A DNA stretch of 32,880 bases from Candidatus Margulisiibacteriota bacterium. Lineage in GTDB: Bacteria > Margulisbacteria > Marinamargulisbacteria > JBHPDY01. Under the pieces are notes generated by a model, which worked only from the letters and a program-made list of their open reading frames with translations, did not search any database and was not told where the DNA came from. Position 1 is the first letter of the stretch; every line of letters starts with the position of its first letter. This document shows positions 9,274 to 18,858 of this stretch, piece after piece. The position numbers were made by a program, and so were the translations under genes. The DNA lies in contig JBHPDY010000003.1 in NCBI GenBank assembly GCA_042577605.1, positions 1-32,880 of the forward strand. Reading direction: 5' to 3'.

Positions 9274-9718
9274 CAATTTTTTCCTTTTTGTCCAGTTTGA
9301 TTTCACTTATGACCATTGTTTTATCCACAGCCTTGCACATATCATAAATTGTTAAAAGAGCTGTTGAGACCGCAGTTAGCGCTTCCATCTCCACACCTGT
9401 AACATCCACAGCTATGGCCTGAGATTGGCAGGTTATTTTTGTTTCCTGAATATCAAAATTTATATCAACCTGGCTTAAAGCAATATTATGGCAAAGAGGT
9501 ATAAGGTTTGGAGTTTGCTTGGCAGCTTGGATGCCAGCGATTTTGGCAGTGGTTAGTACGTTTCCTTTTGCTATTTCATTGTTGATAATTTTCTGAATAG
9601 TTTCCTGATTAAGATGTATTTCACCGCTAGCTGTGGCAATGCGTTTTTGCCTGTGTTTAGCTGAAACATCTACCATTTTAGCCTGGCCTTGGTCATCTAT
9701 ATGTGAAAAATTTTTCAT
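9266..9718 (-). CDS. moaC: Cyclic pyranopterin monophosphate synthase MoaC
   Basis: FSHIDDQGQAKMVDVSAK, KGNVL..AKIAGIQAAK, LIPLCH, TGVEMEALTAVS, IYDMCKAVDK. Confidence 0.97.
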   Translation of the reverse strand: MKNFSHIDDQGQAKMVDVSAKHRQKRIATASGEIHLNQETIQKIINNEIAKGNVLTTAKIAGIQAAKQTPNLIPLCHNIALSQVDINFDIQETKITCQSQAIAVDVTGVEMEALTAVSTALLTIYDMCKAVDKTMVISEIKLDKKEKIDV

Positions 9719-9915
9719 GCTGAAACAATATTATGCCCTAAAAAGGTTAAATAATAAATAATCAGCACAGTTTTATTTATTAAATAACACCACTTTATCT
9801 TATTGGAATGAAATACTACAATAAATAAGCAGAAATAAATTCAATCTATATTTTTATAGGTAAGAAATAGGAAAAATTATAGATGTTTTTGTTTGGGGGG
9901 CTATATAGAATGATT

Positions 9916-11091
9916 TTAGGATATTAAGACATCCACTATCATTTTATTTCTTAGTACGGAACAATTATTAGGAACTACTAAAAAAGCATTACACTCATCC
10001 AAGGCAAACAAATGCCCAGAACCATGATATTCCGGAAAATCAATATGCTCACCATCAAAAATAACAGGTAAAAAATGTTCCCGAGAGCTAGGTTTTTTAA
10101 TATGAATATCTTTTTTAAGCTGTGTTTTTATGATTTCAAATTCTGGTAAAAAATTCCGCATCCTATGAATCGCAGGTAAAACAAAGAGATAAAAAGAAAG
10201 GTAAACAGATACCGGATTTCCTGGCAGAGCAAAGATCGGCTTATCCTGATATTTGAAAAAGGCAACAGGTTTTCCCGGTTTTATATCAATCTTATGAAAT
10301 ATTTCTTTAGCTCCGATTTGCTCCAAAACAGTTTTAGTGAAATCAAATTCACCAACCGATATGCCTCCGGTCATTACTACCAGATCATTTTCAGCCAATG
10401 CAGTTTTTAGAGTACTGGAAAGCCCTTTGATATTATCATCAGCCATATAGGAATTAACTTCATTTATCCCATTCTTTAATAATACGTTTTGTAATAACGG
10501 ACCATTAGAATTATAGATTTTACCCGCAGTATAGGTTGAGCCTGGCTCCAATAGTTCATCACCGGTAACTATAATTCCTACTGACGGTTTTCTATAGACT
10601 TTAACTTTACTTATGCCTGAGGAAATAATATTAGCCAGGGCAATAGGATTTATTGTCTTTCCCTGACGATATATAATCTGGCCTTTTTTAACGTCCTCAC
10701 CTTTGTAACAGATATTAGTTTTATGGCTGCGATTTATAATTTTAATATTGGAACTGTCCAAAGCTTGAACATTTTCTTTCATAATTACTTTACCGGTATT
10801 TTTAGGAATAGGCGCCCCGGTCATAATTTTTATGGATTTTCCAGCGATAATTTTGTTTTTAGGCAGCTGTCCGGCTTGTACAGTTTCAATAACCTCTAAT
10901 TCATCTGCTGATTCATTATCAGCAACTGCATAGCCATCCATTGCAGATTTATCAAAAGGTGGAAGGTCTAGTTTAGATACAAGGTCTTCTGCTAGCACAT
11001 AATCCAGGCAATCTAAAACATCTTTGTTTGTTATGCCCAGGATAGAAATAGAATCTGAAATTAATTTTTGAGCTTCAGTTCTCGAGATCAT
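9916..11091 (-). CDS. moeA: Molybdopterin molybdo/tungstotransferase MoeA
   Basis: PPFDKSAMDGYA, IMTGAPIP, TGDEL, IYNSN, TGGISVGEFDF, IKPGKP, LPGNPVS; start placed at ATG 11091 (AAGGAA RBS) because the longer start lies in a terminator. Confidence 0.96.
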   Translation of the reverse strand: MISRTEAQKLISDSISILGITNKDVLDCLDYVLAEDLVSKLDLPPFDKSAMDGYAVADNESADELEVIETVQAGQLPKNKIIAGKSIKIMTGAPIPKNTGKVIMKENVQALDSSNIKIINRSHKTNICYKGEDVKKGQIIYRQGKTINPIALANIISSGISKVKVYRKPSVGIIVTGDELLEPGSTYTAGKIYNSNGPLLQNVLLKNGINEVNSYMADDNIKGLSSTLKTALAENDLVVMTGGISVGEFDFTKTVLEQIGAKEIFHKIDIKPGKPVAFFKYQDKPIFALPGNPVSVYLSFYLFVLPAIHRMRNFLPEFEIIKTQLKKDIHIKKPSSREHFLPVIFDGEHIDFPEYHGSGHLFALDECNAFLVVPNNCSVLRNKMIVDVLIS

Positions 11092-11109
11092 TGCATTTCC
11101 TTTTTCTGT

Positions 11110-11143
11110 AAAAAAGAATCCCCGCATTTAGCGGGGATTCTTT
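11110..11143 (-). terminator. Intrinsic terminator after the formate channel gene
   Basis: AAAGAATCCCCGC-ATTTA-GCGGGGATTCTTT 13-bp stem with U-tract on - strand. Confidence 0.85.
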
Positions 11144-11165
11144 AATAATTCAAAAAACTAAGTTA

Positions 11166-11993
11166 TTAGTCTCTTAGGTAAACAAAGAAATAAGCAGTAC
11201 CTACAAATACAGCACCACCAATAATGTTTCCAAGAGAAACTGCTAAGATATTGTTAGTAAAAGCTCCAACCCAAGTTAGGTTACCTAATTGAGAAAGAGT
11301 TAAACCTGCAGTTTCTAATACTTGTGGCTGGTTCTTTAAAAGAACGCCCATAGGAATGAAGAACATATTTGCAATACTGTGCTCATAGCCGCATGCAACA
11401 AAAGTCATGATTGGGAAAAAACAAGACCAGATTTTACCGGTAACATCTTTAGCCGCAATGCAAAGCCAAACAGCCAGACACACAAGCCAGTTGCAAAGTA
11501 TACCTCTGAAAAAAGCAGCTGCAAACGAAAGGTTTACTTTAGCATTGGCAATTTTTAAAGCAGTTGCACCAAGTTCGTTCCCAGCAGATGCGTATAGACC
11601 TCCTAGGTAAACAATGAATACAACTATAAGAGAGCCAATGAAGTTTGCGATATAAATAATAACCCAACTCTTCACTAATTGCGCCCAAGTAACCTCACCT
11701 TTTAAAACTGCTTTAACGATCAAGTTGTTTCCAGTGAAAAGTTCTGCGCCAGCAATAACTACTAACATTAGTCCTACACTAAATACTGAACCTGCTAGAA
11801 ATTTAGAAATTCCAAAACCTAAAAACTTTGATGTAGTTGTAGAAACAGTAGTGGCTATTTGTGCACCAAAACCTATGTAAACTCCTGCTAAGATTCCCAG
11901 TACTGAAGCTGCTAAGAATGGCATGCTTACTTTTTTCTTGCCTATGCTAACCATCGCCTCCGCTACTTCTTTAGGGGTATTAAATCCACTCAT
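11166..11993 (-). CDS. fdhC: Formate/nitrite transporter (FNT family, FdhC/FocA-like formate channel)
   Basis: LAGVYIGFG, GAELFTGN, NFIGS, GILCNWLVCLAVW, GYEHSIANM, GNIIGG; located in an FDH island. Confidence 0.92.
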   Translation of the reverse strand: MSGFNTPKEVAEAMVSIGKKKVSMPFLAASVLGILAGVYIGFGAQIATTVSTTTSKFLGFGISKFLAGSVFSVGLMLVVIAGAELFTGNNLIVKAVLKGEVTWAQLVKSWVIIYIANFIGSLIVVFIVYLGGLYASAGNELGATALKIANAKVNLSFAAAFFRGILCNWLVCLAVWLCIAAKDVTGKIWSCFFPIMTFVACGYEHSIANMFFIPMGVLLKNQPQVLETAGLTLSQLGNLTWVGAFTNNILAVSLGNIIGGAVFVGTAYFFVYLRD

Positions 11994-12109
11994 ATTTTTT
12001 CTTTCTCCTTTCATTTTCTTCGATATTTATTATTCTTCACCTTGACCCAAGTATTAATAGTTATTATTTTAATATATTTTTCTGGATAAAGGTTTGAATG
12101 TTAGTAATA

Positions 12110-12139
12110 ATTTTAGCTAGTTTTAATTATAATTGTCAA
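12110..12139 (-). promoter_or_regulatory. Sigma70-type promoter for the formate channel gene
   Basis: On - strand TTGACA-N18-TAAAAT, about 115 nt upstream of the ATG. Confidence 0.6.
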
Positions 12140-12177
12140 CAGGATTATCCGTAATTGTTCAGTTGTTTGAAATTAAT

Positions 12178-12246
12178 ACAGGATTTGAAGGGCAAAGCCC
12201 TTAAAAAAACTTGTTCCCAGACTGTGAAGCGCGCTGCGCTTCAAAA
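12178..12246. repeat. Dispersed double-hairpin repeat, copy B (just after moaA stop)
   Basis: GGATTtgAAGGGC-aaa-GCCCTTaaa...cagactgTGAAGCGC-gct-GCGCTTCAaaa. Confidence 0.85.
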
Positions 12247-12262
12247 GACTAAAAGATTACGC

Positions 12263-13066
12263 TTATCCCCCTATTTGGACCATATAATCAAGAGCATTTG
12301 CAGTGCCGAATTCAGGTTTATTATGTAGAGCTTGCTCCAGAGCCTTTTCTAATGATATTTTCCTGATATCTATTGCATAATCTGAGAAAAGACAAGGCTT
12401 CAATCTGCCGTCGCAAGTTAGCCTGAGGCGGTTACAAATTTCGCATTGGCCTGCTTCTGCATTTTCAATAACATAGCGGGTGCCTTTTTTTAAGTTCATT
12501 TCTTTAATAAGTCGAAGTATGAGCTTGTTCTCCTTACAGAACTGCTTAATATCATCTATATCGTCTTCATTAAAATCTTTGAGTACCACTGTATTTATTT
12601 TTATGGGATAAAAGCCAACATCTTGGGCTGCTTTAATGCCCTTAATAACATCCCCTAATTCCCCTCCGCGGGTTAAAAATTTAAATTTATCCGGGTTTAA
12701 AGTATCTAAACTGATATTTATTCTTTTTAGGCCTGCGCTATATAAACTTTCTGCAAAATGAGAAAGAAGAGAGCCGTTTGTGGTAAGCCCAAAATCTTTC
12801 AAACCGGGTAGCGCAGCTATGTTTTTGACTAAAAAAATAATATTTTTCCTAACTAAAGGTTCGCCGCCTGTTAACCTGACCTTTTCAAATCCGGCTTGAA
12901 CAAAAAATTTTACAATATCATATATTTCTTCCAGGGATAATATGTCTTTATGGTTTTTTAACGGTACGCCCTCAGCTGGCCTGCAATACTGGCAGCGGTA
13001 ATTACATTTATCTGTAACAGATACCCGTAAATAATTTATTTTTCGCTTATAAGTGTCAATTGGCAT
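12263..13066 (-). CDS. moaA: GTP 3',8-cyclase MoaA (short form)
   Basis: YLRVSVTDKCNYRCQYC, RLTGGEPL, INISLDTL, CEICNRLRLTCDGRLKPCL, C-terminal IGG. Confidence 0.96.
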   Translation of the reverse strand: MPIDTYKRKINYLRVSVTDKCNYRCQYCRPAEGVPLKNHKDILSLEEIYDIVKFFVQAGFEKVRLTGGEPLVRKNIIFLVKNIAALPGLKDFGLTTNGSLLSHFAESLYSAGLKRINISLDTLNPDKFKFLTRGGELGDVIKGIKAAQDVGFYPIKINTVVLKDFNEDDIDDIKQFCKENKLILRLIKEMNLKKGTRYVIENAEAGQCEICNRLRLTCDGRLKPCLFSDYAIDIRKISLEKALEQALHNKPEFGTANALDYMVQIGG

Positions 13067-13081
13067 AATATTAAAATTAGA

Positions 13082-13672
13082 TTACTCCACTTTTTGGATA
13101 GATACCAAATCTTCCTTTGTATTTATATTAATAAAAGTTTTTTCTTGCTTATCAAAAGAAGCAACCTCTTTATCAGGTAGATATTTTACCTTTACTCTGT
13201 CTAAAAATCCTCTGATTTTTCTTTGTCCATTATTAAAAGAATCCTCAATTGCAGGAATACAATTCTTAGAATAATAAGCAAATAAAGGCTGTAATATACC
13301 CTTTCTTTCCGGAATTACCACATCGAATTCAGAGATGAATCCAGCCAGATAATCAAAAAGCTGTTGATTAAAAAAAGGCATATCAACAGCTGTAAGGAAA
13401 TTATATTTTGTATTGCTGTGCTTCAATCCGCTTAATAAACCCATTAAAGGACCTTTTTCTTTGATGCTGTCTCTGACTACTTGAAATTCAGTGCTTTCTT
13501 TATATAATTCAGGAGAATTAGTAACTACCATTAATTCTTTTATGTATTTTTTTAGTGAACTGATTTTTATTTGCAGAAGAGTTTGATGACCTATTTTTAT
13601 AAAGGCTTTTTCTACACCGCCTAAGCGAGTGCCTTTACCGCCGGATAATATAATGCCGGTTATGTTATTCAT
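13082..13672 (-). CDS. mobA: Molybdenum cofactor guanylyltransferase MobA
   Basis: ILSGGKGTRLGGVEKA, GPLMGL, AVDMPF, QPLFAYY, FININTKEDL. Confidence 0.95.
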   Translation of the reverse strand: MNNITGIILSGGKGTRLGGVEKAFIKIGHQTLLQIKISSLKKYIKELMVVTNSPELYKESTEFQVVRDSIKEKGPLMGLLSGLKHSNTKYNFLTAVDMPFFNQQLFDYLAGFISEFDVVIPERKGILQPLFAYYSKNCIPAIEDSFNNGQRKIRGFLDRVKVKYLPDKEVASFDKQEKTFININTKEDLVSIQKVE

Positions 13673-13678
13673 AACATA
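13661..13678. promoter_or_regulatory. Candidate ModE-type operator (TATGTT-N6-AACATA) overlapping mobA start codon
   Basis: TATGTTAT-TC-ATAACATA palindrome; same core at 14993-15010 and 19158-19175. Confidence 0.65.
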
Positions 13679-13917
13679 GACAATTTATCATAAGTGCAAG
13701 TGAATTGCACTTATGTGATGGCGCCGCACCAAAAAAACTTCCAGATTTTTAAGGATAAGGAATAAGGTGCATTAAGGTTGGATTATATGATTATATTATA
13801 GGATTTTTTTGATGAGTTTGTTTCTTAGACATTAAGAAAAAAGATTTTTCCTTAAGAATCTTTACATTTCTGGATATCATATGTAAAAGTGTAAAGCTTT
13901 TCTAAGTTTAAGATTTT

Positions 13918-14175
13918 CTACTTTATCTCCCAGTCACGATTATTCAAGAATCTAGGCAACTCTTTTCGAGAAAAATAATGAGATACTTCTTTATCGAGGT
14001 CCAAAAAGGCATCCAAGCTTTCATCCATTTGCTCAGGAGTAAATTTTCCCCCCTTTTTCTTCTCAGCCCAAGTTACCGCGTCTTTTAATTTTTTCTTTAT
14101 CCTTTTTTCCTCTTTTATTGATTTGTTTTTAAAATTTTCCAAAACAACTTCTAACTTGTGGCCTAAGTTTCTCAT
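13918..14175 (-). CDS. Hypothetical protein (possibly the C-terminal half of 14129-14758)
   Basis: 85-aa Lys-rich helical ORF overlapping the upstream ORF by 47 nt, no clear RBS. Confidence 0.4.
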   Translation of the reverse strand: MRNLGHKLEVVLENFKNKSIKEEKRIKKKLKDAVTWAEKKKGGKFTPEQMDESLDAFLDLDKEVSHYFSRKELPRFLNNRDWEIK

Positions 14176-14758
14176 TACTAAGCATAGGCAAACATTCAGA
14201 CATAGTAGTCACAAAATTGGATATAGAGCTAAAAGGATGTTCAGACTCCATAAAAAAAATGGTTAACTGATTTTCGATCTCTTGTCTTTCGCTATTTCCT
14301 ATCTGACCTATAGACGAGAATTGAGAATCCAATTGCTGCATACAATAAATACCAAGCCTTGTACCTTGGCTAACCTCGACATCTTGATAAGATGGTGCAG
14401 TACGCGGAGGATTTACCTCAAGAAATCTTTTACTTAACCTTTGCGTAAAATCATCCATTCTTTTATCCAAATATTTTTCAGTGAACTTTTGTAACATTGG
14501 ACTATTGAATTTAGCTTTAGCCACTTCATTTTTAAGCATTGTCAATCCTTCGAGCTCTCGATCTGTTTTACTACTATAGCCCTTCGTGCTTCCACCTTTG
14601 TACTTCTGCAACGCTTTTTCAATATTCTTTTTCTGATTTCCACTCAAATCAGGAATATTCGAATTAGCCAACTTTTTGACACAATTATCAAAAGGCCCTC
14701 CTCCTTTCCTCTTGAAAATTCCTCCAAATACTTTTCCAACGCTTAAAGTCATAATCAT
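14129..14758 (-). CDS. Hypothetical protein (orphan-like)
   Basis: 209-aa ORF with AGGAG RBS upstream; no recognisable motif. Confidence 0.6.
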   Translation of the reverse strand: MIMTLSVGKVFGGIFKRKGGGPFDNCVKKLANSNIPDLSGNQKKNIEKALQKYKGGSTKGYSSKTDRELEGLTMLKNEVAKAKFNSPMLQKFTEKYLDKRMDDFTQRLSKRFLEVNPPRTAPSYQDVEVSQGTRLGIYCMQQLDSQFSSIGQIGNSERQEIENQLTIFFMESEHPFSSISNFVTTMSECLPMLSNEKLRPQVRSCFGKF

Positions 14759-14975
14759 CCACTCCTATCTTATGAATATTAATTATTTCTAATTAAAAAC
14801 TAAGTGGTCAATAAGGATTAACTCCCTAAAATAAACAAAAAGGAGACCCATAACAATGAAATATCAGAATACTATATTTAGTCAACTATTAAATATGCAA
14901 CAAAATCATCATTATCACTTAGGAATAAATCCCGGACACCATAGGCTGGCGCCCCTTTATAATTTTTTAAAAAGC

Positions 14976-15010
14976 TTGACGAGATTTTAATATATGTTTA
15001 TTTTAACATA
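14976..15010 (+). promoter_or_regulatory. wtpABC promoter with overlapping candidate ModE-type operator
   Basis: TTGACG (14976-14981)-N17-TATTTT; palindrome TATGTT-tatttt-AACATA (14993-15010) covers the -10. Confidence 0.65.
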
Positions 15011-15047
15011 AATAAAATATTTATTTAGGAAAAGAGGTAATTAGAAA

Positions 15048-15989
15048 ATGAAAAAACTCATTTTAGGAGTATGTTTATTTGCTTTAGTTTTAACAGGATG
15101 TACTGCTAAAAAACAGGAGAGTTTAACGATTTTCCATGCAGGAAGTTTGAGTATTCCTTTAAAGAAGATGACAGCGCAATTTAATAAGAAATTTCCAAAT
15201 GTAAAAGTGTTTTTAGAAGGTGCTGGAAGCAGGACCTGTGCCAGAAAAATAACTGATTTAAAAAAGAAAGCAGATGTTATGTTTTCTGCCGATAGTTCAG
15301 TTATTCAAACTTTGCTAATCCCTGAATATGCGGATTGGAACATTAATTTTGCCACCAACGAGATGGCTATTATGTTTACACCGAAGAGTAAATACGCCAA
15401 CGAAATAAATTCAAAAAATTGGCCTGATATCTTATTAAGGCCGGATGTAAACTATGGGCATTCAGACCCAAATGCAGATCCCTGTGGATACAGATCGCAG
15501 TTAGTATGGCAATTAGCTGAAAAATATTACAAGATAGGCTCTCTATATCAAAAGCTAAAAAACAAAAAACATTTTATTAGGCCTAAAGAAACGGATCTTT
15601 TAGCTTTGTTAGAATCTCATACAATGGATTATCTGTTTATTTATAGATCTGTTGCTGAGCAACATCATAGCAAATACATTTTGCTGCCTGACCAAATTAA
15701 CCTAAAAACAAAGCGATATGCAAAATTCTATAAGGGCGCCAAATTAAAAATCACTGGTAAAAAACCCGGCGCTTGGGTTACAAAAATAGGGAAGCCAATG
15801 GTATATGGATTAACAATACCTAAAAACGCACCCAACAGAAAAATGGCGGTAGAATATGTGAACTTTGTATTAAGTAAACAGGGGCAGGACGTGCTTAGAG
15901 GTAATGGGCAACCACCGATTATACCGCCAACGAGCCAAGAAAAATTAAAAATACCAAGCGAAATAAACAATACTGTAAAACAAATATAA
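15048..15989 (+). CDS. wtpA: Tungstate/molybdate ABC transporter substrate-binding lipoprotein WtpA
   Basis: Lipobox LTGC; FHAGSLSIP, EGAGSR, SAD, SDPNADPCGYR, RPKETDL, DYLFIYRSVA, YGLTIP motifs of WtpA. Confidence 0.92.
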   Translation: MKKLILGVCLFALVLTGCTAKKQESLTIFHAGSLSIPLKKMTAQFNKKFPNVKVFLEGAGSRTCARKITDLKKKADVMFSADSSVIQTLLIPEYADWNINFATNEMAIMFTPKSKYANEINSKNWPDILLRPDVNYGHSDPNADPCGYRSQLVWQLAEKYYKIGSLYQKLKNKKHFIRPKETDLLALLESHTMDYLFIYRSVAEQHHSKYILLPDQINLKTKRYAKFYKGAKLKITGKKPGAWVTKIGKPMVYGLTIPKNAPNRKMAVEYVNFVLSKQGQDVLRGNGQPPIIPPTSQEKLKIPSEINNTVKQI

Positions 15990-16037
15990 ATGTTATTAAG
16001 AAAATTTAAGTTTTGAGGCAGCGCAGAAAAAACAAAC

Positions 16038-16820
16038 ATGAAAAAAAACACTGTTAGCATTATTTTATTGTGGGCTTTAGGAGCAATAATTTTTTTATTC
16101 TTGATCCTACCGATTATACGAATAATAGCTAGCTCAGATATTGGGATATTCTTCCAGGCTGCCCAGGATAAAAAAGTTCTTACTTCAATTTTTATTACGC
16201 TCGAATGTGCTGCTTATGCGACCATATTTTCTGCGATTTTTGGCGTGGCCTTGGCTTATATAATTGCCAGATATGATTTCTGGGGTAAGTCTTTTATGGA
16301 ATCTGCCATAAATATCCCGGTCATTATTCCTCATACTGCTGCCGGGATTGCACTTTTATCAATTTTTTCAAAAGAGTTTTTTATTGGCAGATGGTTAGGT
16401 TTATTTAACATTTCAGTTGTTGATTCCAAGCTTGGTATTGTTATTGGGATGTTTTTTGTTAGCGCACCTTTTCTGATCAATGCCAGTATAAACGCTTTTC
16501 GAGCCATAGATGAGAAACTGGAAAAAACAGCCCGAACTCTGGGCGCAAACTTTGGGCAGACATTTTTTAAAATATCATTGCCTTTGGCAAAAAATGGCAT
16601 TCTTAAAGGTATGCTGATGATGTGGGCCAGAGGTATTTCAGAGTTTGGAGCGGTAGTGGTATTAGCCTATCATCCAATGGTTGCTCCGGTTTTAATTTTT
16701 GAAAATTTTGAGGCTTATGGATTAAAGTATTCCAAACCCCTTGCCGCCTTACTAATTATTATTTGCTTGGTGATTTTTTTCATTTTAACTGCCATAGGAA
16801 GAAAAAATGCTGAAAGCTGA
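16038..16820 (+). CDS. wtpB: Tungstate/molybdate ABC transporter permease WtpB
   Basis: PVIIPHTAAGIALL, FVSAPF, LEKTARTLGA, WARGISEFGAVVVLAYHP. Confidence 0.92.
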   Translation: MKKNTVSIILLWALGAIIFLFLILPIIRIIASSDIGIFFQAAQDKKVLTSIFITLECAAYATIFSAIFGVALAYIIARYDFWGKSFMESAINIPVIIPHTAAGIALLSIFSKEFFIGRWLGLFNISVVDSKLGIVIGMFFVSAPFLINASINAFRAIDEKLEKTARTLGANFGQTFFKISLPLAKNGILKGMLMMWARGISEFGAVVVLAYHPMVAPVLIFENFEAYGLKYSKPLAALLIIICLVIFFILTAIGRKNAES

Positions 16821-17865
16821 GAATATTTGCAAACAATTTAAGAATTTCTCATTGAAAAATCTTTCTATAGAAGTTGCTCAGGGCGAATATATGGCTTTGA
16901 TCGGCCCATCCGGTTCAGGTAAAACCATATTTTTAGAAATATTAGCCGGAGTTCAAAAAGAGGACAGCGGTAAAATATTTCTTTCAGGCAATGAAATCAC
17001 TAACCATTTGCCGGAAAACAGAAATATAGGGCTTCTATATCAGAATTTTATGCTTTTTAATCATTTGACTGTGTTTGATAATATTGCGTTTAGTTTGAAA
17101 ATCAAAAAAGAACCGCCTATAAAATTGGCTGAATCAGTCAAAAAAATAGCAGCTTTACTAAGAATAGAGGATTTATTAGAAAGGTATCCGAAAAATCTAA
17201 GCGGAGGGGAAAAGCAAAGGGTAGCCCTGGCCAGATCATTAATAATGGAGCCGAAAATATTGCTCTTGGACGAGCCCTTTTCCGCCATTGACGCCCATCT
17301 GCGCAAAACCGTTGTTAGTGAGATTAAAAAACTACATAAGTCTCTTAACTTAACCGTTATTCATGTTACACATGATATAGATGAAGCTTTATATTTAGCT
17401 GATAGCATCAGCATTATCAATAAAGGAAAAATAATCCAAAAAGGAAATAAAGAACAAGTTTTTAAAGATCCCCAAAATAAATTCGCAGCAGATTTTTTAG
17501 GATACAAAAACATATTTAAAGGCAGGATCCGAAATAATAATGAGTTTATAATTGATCTTAATGCTACAGGTAACAAAGAAATTGCGATTACTTTGGATTC
17601 TACACACCATCATCAGGAAGCTTATTTATTAATTCCACCCGAGAGTATTATTGTTTCCAAGTCCGCTAATCCATCCAGCGCCCGTAATCAGTTTAAAGGA
17701 GTAGTATCGGAAGTCATTCAAAAAAAGGGTTTTTATGAAATCATTATTGATCTGGGTGTGATGATTTCGGTCTATATTACATCAGAATCTTTAACTAAAC
17801 TAAATTTAGAAGAATCATCCAATTGCTTTATATCTTTCAAAGCAACTGCACTAAAACTTTTTTAA
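16807..17865 (+). CDS. wtpC: Tungstate/molybdate ABC transporter ATPase WtpC with C-terminal TOBE domain
   Basis: GPSGSGKT, LSGGEKQR, LLLDEPFS, HVTHD; C-terminal SSARNQF..ITSES...L.L....FKATA molybdate-binding TOBE motif. Confidence 0.92.
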   Translation: MLKAENICKQFKNFSLKNLSIEVAQGEYMALIGPSGSGKTIFLEILAGVQKEDSGKIFLSGNEITNHLPENRNIGLLYQNFMLFNHLTVFDNIAFSLKIKKEPPIKLAESVKKIAALLRIEDLLERYPKNLSGGEKQRVALARSLIMEPKILLLDEPFSAIDAHLRKTVVSEIKKLHKSLNLTVIHVTHDIDEALYLADSISIINKGKIIQKGNKEQVFKDPQNKFAADFLGYKNIFKGRIRNNNEFIIDLNATGNKEIAITLDSTHHHQEAYLLIPPESIIVSKSANPSSARNQFKGVVSEVIQKKGFYEIIIDLGVMISVYITSESLTKLNLEESSNCFISFKATALKLF

Positions 17866-17925
17866 TTAAAGGGTGCTAACGCGCCCTTTAAAACAACCTG
17901 AGGGCGCGTCCAGCGCCCTCAAAAA
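17866..17925. terminator. Double hairpin between convergent wtpC and porin (bidirectional terminator; resembles the dispersed repeat)
   Basis: TTAAAGGGTGC-TAAC-GCGCCCTTTAA and TGAGGGCGC-GTCCA-GCGCCCTCA followed by an A-run. Confidence 0.7.
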
Positions 17926-17926
17926 A

Positions 17927-18853
17927 TTAAAACACTACTTGCCACTGAGCAGTTAACTGATTGTTATCAACCTCATTAGTTTCTTCTTTCATCATCAAAT
18001 AGTTTACTTGCAGCTTGGTTTTCTTTGTTACAAACCAGTTCCAACCCAAGGTTAAACTATCTTGTCTATCACCAGATATGCCAGCGTCAGGATCATAAGA
18101 ATCGACCATCACTATTGCTTGTTGATCTGGTAAAAGTTTGTAGCCGACTAAAACAAATCCACCCTGTTCTTTTACCACAGAATTTGACATAAGCATTAAT
18201 TCCGAATGAATATCCAACGCATCTTTTTTGTATCTAATATTTAAAGCCCCGCCTTTTTTGTTTTTATTATTTGTATTGTCTTTACCTAAAAAACCGCTGC
18301 CACCTATTTCAAAACCTGGAATTGGATTCACTATATCTACTCTTCCTATAATATCCTTACTGTCATTACTATCCGCGGTATTTCTACCAGCGCCATTAAA
18401 TAAGCCAACAGCATATTTGAAAATGTTGTATTGACCCATGACTTGTACGCCGATGTCATATTTATGAGCAATATTATCAATGGAATTCGGCAAGTTAATA
18501 GTATTCCAGGTATGAGCTACGGGCAGGTAAGTTTTACTAAAAGGTGATTTAAATTGCCCGCCCCGTAGGGTCAAAAACTCATTAATAGTCATATTTAAAT
18601 GCGCGACCCAAAGAGCTGGTGAAGTTACTCCATCGGCCAAAATATTATAGTAAACATTCTCATCCAAATAACCCTTAAATCTAAACCTGGCTTTTGCGAT
18701 TTTAAATTGATCTATAGTGCTATCTGATTGTGTGAATTGAGTTTGTAAAAATCCTTCGATTATTAAAGGTTTTTTTTCAGTAGCCGCAAAACTATTAATC
18801 CTAAAAATGCATATAACAATCAACAACAGGAACATATATTTCTTGAATTTCAT
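17927..18853 (-). CDS. Outer-membrane porin (OprO/OprP-like anion-selective porin family)
   Basis: Signal peptide; F.IAKARFRFKG, GQFKSPFS, DIGVQ, GLFNGAG, TLGWNWF, KLQVNY; alternating beta-strands and C-terminal Phe. Confidence 0.8.
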   Translation of the reverse strand: MKFKKYMFLLLIVICIFRINSFAATEKKPLIIEGFLQTQFTQSDSTIDQFKIAKARFRFKGYLDENVYYNILADGVTSPALWVAHLNMTINEFLTLRGGQFKSPFSKTYLPVAHTWNTINLPNSIDNIAHKYDIGVQVMGQYNIFKYAVGLFNGAGRNTADSNDSKDIIGRVDIVNPIPGFEIGGSGFLGKDNTNNKNKKGGALNIRYKKDALDIHSELMLMSNSVVKEQGGFVLVGYKLLPDQQAIVMVDSYDPDAGISGDRQDSLTLGWNWFVTKKTKLQVNYLMMKEETNEVDNNQLTAQWQVVF

Positions 18854-18858
18854 TGGTT

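Noticed and set aside
12154-12171. Possible Rex operator upstream of the formate channel promoter
   Set aside because: TTGTTCA-gttg-TTTGAAA matches only one half-site; too weak in AT-rich DNA
14760-15047. Moco/Wco riboswitch upstream of wtpA or the Moco genes
   Set aside because: Leaders are short or very AT-rich with no multi-stem GC structure recognisable by eye; an Infernal search with the Rfam Moco model would be decisive
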